64,000 nucleotides of DNA, from contig JAHJHG010000001.1 in assembly GCA_018823885.1 (NCBI GenBank), positions 42,439 through 106,438 of the forward strand. Direction: 5' to 3'. This document shows positions 58,933 through 64,000 of the stretch, piece after piece (position 1 is the first letter of the stretch; each line of letters opens with the position of its first letter). This stretch comes from Patescibacteria group bacterium. Lineage in GTDB: Bacteria > Patescibacteriota > Microgenomatia > UBA8517. The position numbers and the translations under genes were made by a program. The notes below the pieces were generated by a model. That model saw nothing but the letters and a program-made list of their open reading frames with translations, had not been told where the DNA came from and did no database searches.

Positions 58933-59499
58933 TTATTTATCGCTTATTCTCTCAACATACTCCCCTTTTCGCGTATCCACCCTTATTTTGTCACCTATCT
59001 TAATAAACAAAGGGACCTTGAGTTGTAAATCATTTTCCAGGGTTGCGGATTTATATAAATTGGTTGCAGAATTACCCTTCACTCCAGGGGCTGTATCAAC
59101 CACTTTAAGAGTTACTTTAGGGAGTATTTCAATAGAAAGTGGCCTATCATCCCAAAAAAGTATATCTGCATTTTCCCCTTCTTTAATATATGAGAGTTCT
59201 TCCCTGGCCAAATCTGTAGGAATTTCAACTTGACCGAATGTCTTCGGGTCCATAAACACAGCATTTTTATCATCACTGTAAAGATATTGCATGCTTTTCT
59301 TCTGAGTATTAATATCTTCAACCTTTGCCGCGGAATTTATGGTTTTTTCTACTTGAGAACCAGATTCAAGATTACGAACAACTAATTTCACCAATCCTCC
59401 TCCCCTGCCAATTTTCTGGTGGGTATATTTAATCACCTTAAATGGTTTTCCATCCATCAAAAAAGTCGTTCCATTTTTTAAGTTTGTTGCTTCAATCAT
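58933..59499 (-). CDS. efp: elongation factor P
   Basis: KIGRGGGLVKLVVRNLESG (KPGKG-loop region), three OB/KOW-like domains. Confidence 0.9.
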   Translation of the reverse strand: MIEATNLKNGTTFLMDGKPFKVIKYTHQKIGRGGGLVKLVVRNLESGSQVEKTINSAAKVEDINTQKKSMQYLYSDDKNAVFMDPKTFGQVEIPTDLAREELSYIKEGENADILFWDDRPLSIEILPKVTLKVVDTAPGVKGNSATNLYKSATLENDLQLKVPLFIKIGDKIRVDTRKGEYVERISDK

Positions 59500-59624
59500 T
59501 TTTCGTTTTTATCAGATGTCATTTTATATTTAATAAATACCTAAAACAAGGCCATTTCTTTGAAACAATGCATACATTTGATAAAATACTCATATCCAGT
59601 CAAAGTGTTGGATATTTTCTTCGC

Positions 59625-59710
59625 GCCGAGGTGGCGGAATTGGCAGACGCGCGAGACTCAAAATCTCGTGGTACGTAAGTACCGTGTGGGTTCGACTCCC
59701 ACCTTCGGCA
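59625..59710 (+). tRNA. tRNA-Leu (anticodon CAA)
   Basis: Acceptor GCCGAGG/CTTCGGC, anticodon stem CGAGA/TCTCG loop CTCAAAA, long variable arm TGGTACGTAAGTACCGT, T-arm GTGGG-TTCGACT-CCCAC. Confidence 0.85.
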
Positions 59711-59742
59711 CAAAAGATAGCAATTGAACGCTAACTCTAAGT

Positions 59743-61083
59743 TTATTTTGACTTCTTCTCCGTCGGTCTCTTCATCTCTCGACCATAGAATTTGATTCTA
59801 TCTCCCCTAAAAAAGAGTTTCAGGGATCTAAGGGGTCCATTTCTGTGTTTAGCAATATCTAAAACAATGTTTTCCTGTTTTTCTTCATCTTCTTTCCATA
59901 AAAACATAACCACGTCTGCGTCTTGTTCTATGCTACCCGAGTCTCTGAGGTCAGCAAGTTGCGGCCTCTTTTCCCCACCCCTGTGTTCAACCGCTCGAGA
60001 AAGCTGAGAAATAGCGAGAACAGGAAGTTTTAGTTCTCTTGCCAAATTTTTTAATCCCTGTGATATTTCAGATACTTCCTGAACTCTATTCTCCAAATTT
60101 CTGCTTCGCGCAAGCTGAAGGTAATCAACAATTAATAAATCAACACCCTTCTCAACCTGAAGCCGTCTTGCCTTTGTTCTCATTTCTAATATAGATAATG
60201 CTGGAGTATCGTCTATATATAGTGGTGCTTCTGCAAGTTCCCCCATCGCGTTTGATAGTTTCGTAAAGTCGTCCTCGGTAAGTTTCCCTGTTTTTAATCT
60301 CCAAGCATCTATATCTGCTTGGGTTACCAAGAGCCTGTCAACTAACTCCTCTCGGCTCATCTCCAGAGAGAAAAAGCCAACGGGCCGATTATGCTTAACG
60401 GCCAAATTCTGAGCGATATTTAGAGCCAAAGAAGTTTTTCCAATTCCAGGTCTAGCGGCCAGCACTAAAAGGTTTGATCTTTGCATCCCCGCAAGAGTAT
60501 CGTCTAAATCTTTAAATCCTGTAGGTACGCCTCGCAACCCCTCTGCCTGTTTATGAAGTTCGTCCAATCTATCAAAGCTCTCTGTCAAAGCTTCCCTAAC
60601 GGAAGTAAAGGCTTGAGTTAAATGACGTTGGGTCAGCGCAAAAACAGCGGATTCAGCTTTATCCAAAAGCTCACTCGCAGCCAAACTATCGTCTAATGAA
60701 AAATCAACTAATTTTGTTGCCGCAATCATCAAAGACCTTTTGGTAGCCGCGTCTTTCACTATTTTTCCGTAATGTTCTACATGCGCTGCTGTCGGCACCT
60801 TGTTGGCAATTTCTGCCAAATAACTTGCTCCACCAATTTTTTTCAATGTTCTTTTCTTTTTTAGTCTTTCCGCGACTGTCAAAACGTCTATCGGTATTCT
60901 CTCCTCATAAAGATCTACGCAACTTTCGAATATTGTTTTGTGGCGATCGTCATAGAAGTCTTCAGACGACAAAAACTCGGCAACGGCAATTATTGCGTCC
61001 TTATCAAGCAGTAAGGCCCCAAGAACTGATTCTTCGGCCTCATTTGAATGTGGAGGAATCCTTACCTGTAATTGATCTGCCAT
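59743..61083 (-). CDS. dnaB: replicative DNA helicase DnaB
   Basis: N-terminal DnaG-binding domain; Walker A ARPGIGKTSLALNIA; RecA-like core motifs. Confidence 0.9.
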   Translation of the reverse strand: MADQLQVRIPPHSNEAEESVLGALLLDKDAIIAVAEFLSSEDFYDDRHKTIFESCVDLYEERIPIDVLTVAERLKKKRTLKKIGGASYLAEIANKVPTAAHVEHYGKIVKDAATKRSLMIAATKLVDFSLDDSLAASELLDKAESAVFALTQRHLTQAFTSVREALTESFDRLDELHKQAEGLRGVPTGFKDLDDTLAGMQRSNLLVLAARPGIGKTSLALNIAQNLAVKHNRPVGFFSLEMSREELVDRLLVTQADIDAWRLKTGKLTEDDFTKLSNAMGELAEAPLYIDDTPALSILEMRTKARRLQVEKGVDLLIVDYLQLARSRNLENRVQEVSEISQGLKNLARELKLPVLAISQLSRAVEHRGGEKRPQLADLRDSGSIEQDADVVMFLWKEDEEKQENIVLDIAKHRNGPLRSLKLFFRGDRIKFYGREMKRPTEKKSK

Positions 61084-61137
61084 GATTCGTTTGTAACAAA
61101 AGAAATATGATTAGTAAAGAGTACTTTTGGGCAGATG

Positions 61138-61788
61138 CTATTGTTTGGTCTCTAATAATACAACTTTCTGTTCTTCTTCAGGTGCCCTATTTGTTATCGT
61201 TAGTTTCTTTAACTTTTCAACAGGTAATCCTATCTGCGTCAGAAACGGCTCAACGGGTGCAAGTTTCGAAAATGTTGCAGGATTTAGATTGGGTACTTTG
61301 AAATGCATCGGAATTATTATGCTTGGTTCGATTAACCGAGTTAATTCCGTCGCCCTAACAGCGCCAATCGTATATTCTCCCCCGACTGGAACAATTAACA
61401 CATCAACACTTCCTACCTTTTCTATAAATTTCTCTGAAAGTTTGTGGCCCAAATCTCCTAAATGAACAATTCTTAATCCGTCCATTTCGATCATATAGAT
61501 CGTATTCTTCCCTCTTTTGGTTCCTTTTGTATCATCATGATAAGAAGCAATACCAACAATTGAAACGCCATTGATTTCATACTCTCCAGGTCCTGAAATT
61601 ACTTTCCTAACATCCTTAACCAACTCTGCCTTGTTGTGATCTTCATGATCATGCGATATGGTTACAATCTCGGCTGATACTTTTGGAAAAGGAAGGCCAA
61701 CTGCCTTGGAATCAAATGGGTCAATTACCACACTAGCTGTTTTGCCTTTTAAGCGAAATGAGGAGTGTCCTAAATATGTTATATCCAT
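61138..61788 (-). CDS. MBL-fold metallo-hydrolase
   Basis: ISHDHEDH (HxHxDH) zinc motif. Confidence 0.75.
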   Translation of the reverse strand: MDITYLGHSSFRLKGKTASVVIDPFDSKAVGLPFPKVSAEIVTISHDHEDHNKAELVKDVRKVISGPGEYEINGVSIVGIASYHDDTKGTKRGKNTIYMIEMDGLRIVHLGDLGHKLSEKFIEKVGSVDVLIVPVGGEYTIGAVRATELTRLIEPSIIIPMHFKVPNLNPATFSKLAPVEPFLTQIGLPVEKLKKLTITNRAPEEEQKVVLLETKQ

Positions 61789-61853
61789 TGTCTAAATATT
61801 GTTTGGCCTATCAAGGCATACTATCAAACCCCTAACACCTTGACAACGATTAA

Positions 61854-62354
61854 TTGTTGAAATATATTAGTCTCAGCCTATTAATAGAGGCTTTTTTTTA
61901 TTATACTGCTCACTATATGCGTAAAGAAATATTATTTGCAATTCTCGCGGGAGTAACTTTCGGCTTAATAATTGCCTTTGGCGTTTGGAGGGCTAACGTT
62001 GCTTTGAGGCCAGATGGAGCTAATACGACTGCACCCGAAAACACCTCTGAAACAGCCCAGGCGGACTTTGGAATTACAATCGCCAAACCTCAAGACTACC
62101 AAGTCATAACTGTCTCCTCTACCACCCTTACCGGCATCACCAAGCCCAATGTCTGGATTATTGTTTCAGCAGAAGAAGAAGATTATGTAGCAAAAACTGG
62201 TGAAAACGGTGAATTCGAGATTGAAATCGATGTTATAGGTGGCGTAAATGAAATATTAATAACTGCCTTTGATAATGAAGGTGCAGAAACCCAAGAAAAA
62301 CTTATTCTCGTTTATTCATCTGAGCTAGCTAAGCAAGTGGAAGGAGACAATTAA
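61854..62354 (+). CDS. membrane-anchored hypothetical protein (TTG at 61854; alternative ATG 61917)
   Basis: N-terminal TM then beta-rich extracellular region. Confidence 0.4.
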   Translation: MLKYISLSLLIEAFFYYTAHYMRKEILFAILAGVTFGLIIAFGVWRANVALRPDGANTTAPENTSETAQADFGITIAKPQDYQVITVSSTTLTGITKPNVWIIVSAEEEDYVAKTGENGEFEIEIDVIGGVNEILITAFDNEGAETQEKLILVYSSELAKQVEGDN

Positions 62355-63004
62355 TGAAAAAAATATTTACTATTGTGTTCTTATTGGCTTTGATAACCTT
62401 AACAACTTTTGCAACCTTCGCTCAGGAAACATCAACGGACGAAGCAGGCTCCGTTAGAGACAATGTGCAAAAGAAGGTGGAAGAAGCAAGAACTATACCT
62501 TTTGCATATATCGGAAGTGTAACCGATATCGCAGAGGAAACAATTCAGGTTAATAAATACATTTTCGGTACAACTAAAGAGGATGCGGGAGAAATTCAAC
62601 AAATCTCAGTTGATGAAGAAAACACAGTATTCATTAAAATTACCAAAACGACTACTACCGTGAAATTATCTGATTTGGCTATCGGTGATTTTATCATTGC
62701 CATGGGCTACAAAAACGGAAATAGTGTTCTGGAAGGAAAAAGAATACTAATTACTACCTCTGTTGAGCCAACCACTCGTAAAGCAGTATTTGGGGAACCA
62801 TCTGAAATAGCCAAAAAATCTCTAACGCTAACGGCCTCAACTGGCAAGGAATGGACCGTAGAATTTGGGACAAAATGGGAAGGGCCCGAACTTAGCGAAA
62901 TAGACGAAGGAGACAAAATAATGATAGTTGGCACAACTGAGGGAAATACCCTTGATGCCAGATTTTTGCACATAATTACCCCCGAAGAGGCAAAAGAAGA
63001 ATAA
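62354..63004 (+). CDS. secreted hypothetical protein
   Basis: Signal peptide MKKIFTIVFLLALITLTTFATFA; start overlaps previous stop. Confidence 0.5.
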   Translation: MKKIFTIVFLLALITLTTFATFAQETSTDEAGSVRDNVQKKVEEARTIPFAYIGSVTDIAEETIQVNKYIFGTTKEDAGEIQQISVDEENTVFIKITKTTTTVKLSDLAIGDFIIAMGYKNGNSVLEGKRILITTSVEPTTRKAVFGEPSEIAKKSLTLTASTGKEWTVEFGTKWEGPELSEIDEGDKIMIVGTTEGNTLDARFLHIITPEEAKEE

Positions 63005-63121
63005 ATTTGACTTCATATTTTCACTAAAGTATCATATCTCGACCATGAAGAAACAATTAAACAAAATGTCTCATTATTACCCATCAACCTAAAGTTGGGT
63101 GGTAATTTGCGTGGTTTACTT

Positions 63122-63152
63122 ACCAGCCAACTGGCTGGTTTTTTAATTCCAT
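63122..63152 (+). promoter_or_regulatory. terminator/attenuator hairpin in hisS leader
   Basis: CCAGCCA-ACT-GGCTGG + TTTTTT; upstream GGGTGGTAA (63094-) can alternatively pair with TTACCAGCC; T-box-like GGGUGGUA core. Confidence 0.4.
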
Positions 63153-63173
63153 AAAATATATTATTAAGTAGTT

Positions 63174-64000
63174 ATGAAAAAAGGACCAATAACACCAAAA
63201 GGATTTAGGGATATTAATCCGAAGCTAGCTATAAAACGTCGCCGTGCCATTAATAGAATCGCGGAGGTTTTAGAAAGTTTCGGCTTTCTTCCTATTGAAA
63301 CGCCCACTGTTGAGTTTGCAGAAACGCTTCTTGGAAAATACGGAAAAGAAGAAAAGTTAATCTACCAATTTACAGATCGTGGCGGAAGAAAACTAGCTCT
63401 TCGATATGACTTGACTGTTCCTTTGGCCCGTTTTGTTGCAAACAATCTTGACCTTTTAAGACCTTCTTTTTCTCGATATCAAATTGGTTCGGTTTTTAGA
63501 GGTGAGAAGCCCCAAAGAGGGAGATTTCGTGAATTCGTTCAATTTGATTTTGATATTGTTGGTTCCTCAGATACATATGAGGAAGATGCAAAAATTATTG
63601 CCGCTGCAATAAAATCCGCTAGAGGGCTCGGGCTTGAAAAAGCGATAATGGCAATAAACGACAGAAAAAACTTCGAAGGACTACCCATGGAAGCTGTGAG
63701 GGCTTGGGACAAGTTATACAAGATAGGGCTGGATGGCGTCAAAAAAGAGCTTTCGACAAAAGGGTTTTCGGAAAGTGAAATCGAGAAATTCATAGGCACC
63801 CTTGACAAAAAACGTAAGACAGAAAATTTCAACAAGGTCAGGGAAATCTTAGAGTCCAAATATGATTTGAGGTTTGGAACAGATTTTGTTTTAGACAACA
63901 CTTTGGCTAGAGGACTCGATTATTACACTGGTTTGGTATTCGAGCTTAAGCCGTCAGGCAAGCAAGGCGATCTCTCCATAGGAGGTGGAGGCCGATATGA
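63174..64000 (+). CDS. hisS: histidyl-tRNA synthetase, 3'-partial (runs off window)
   Basis: Class II motif 1 region (KGFRDINPKLAIKRRRAINRIAEVLESFGFLPIETP), motif 2 (GGRKLALRYDLTVPLARF); not in ORF track because no stop within window. Confidence 0.85.
   Translation, partial: MKKGPITPKGFRDINPKLAIKRRRAINRIAEVLESFGFLPIETPTVEFAETLLGKYGKEEKLIYQFTDRGGRKLALRYDLTVPLARFVANNLDLLRPSFSRYQIGSVFRGEKPQRGRFREFVQFDFDIVGSSDTYEEDAKIIAAAIKSARGLGLEKAIMAINDRKNFEGLPMEAVRAWDKLYKIGLDGVKKELSTKGFSESEIEKFIGTLDKKRKTENFNKVREILESKYDLRFGTDFVLDNTLARGLDYYTGLVFELKPSGKQGDLSIGGGGRY

Overview
This low-GC window looks like a Candidate Phyla Radiation (Patescibacteria-like) chromosome. It is gene-dense, proteins are often shortened, and there are many pilins.

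Layout, left to right:
- 1-7.8 kb: an ECF sigma factor module with secreted and membrane proteins, a short trigger factor, and a tRNA-Val/tRNA-Ala pair followed by a GC-rich, probably acquired gene.
- 8-14.2 kb: the classic thrS-infC-rpmI-rplT-pheS-pheT operon.
- 14.2-22.2 kb: class A PBP (minus strand), tyrS, recG, an rpmF gene the ORF track missed, nusB, an ACP-like gene, rnc, rpsP and a KH-domain protein.
- 22.2-35.8 kb: a ~13.5 kb minus-strand type IV pilus locus (pilB-pilT-pilC-pilA-pilD, nine tandem pilin/pseudopilin genes, a PilX-like gene, pilM-pilN-pilO).
- 35.9-49 kb: holB-like, gyrB, ppa, a set of small hypothetical genes, an LCP-family gene, an orphan Cas4-like nuclease, an internally duplicated hypothetical protein, a SIMPL protein and gyrA.
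- 49-64 kb: an M50 protease flanked by two copies of a conserved hairpin element, xerC/D, an NT5C-like gene, a ~830 bp ORF-free GC-shifted region, yebC, an rluA-family gene, dksA/traR, efp, tRNA-Leu, dnaB, an MBL hydrolase and partial hisS.

Most worth a second look:
- The 830-bp ORF-free region, which has long-range complementary boxes and G-rich tracts.
- The paired structured repeats around the M50 protease gene.
- The very large pilin battery, including a Cys-rich pilin and pilins with non-canonical signal sequences.
- The tRNA-adjacent GC-rich gene.
- Three short ORFs (two small membrane ORFs and one small basic protein) plus rpmF, all missed by the ORF track.

No CRISPR array, rRNA or obvious IS element was seen.
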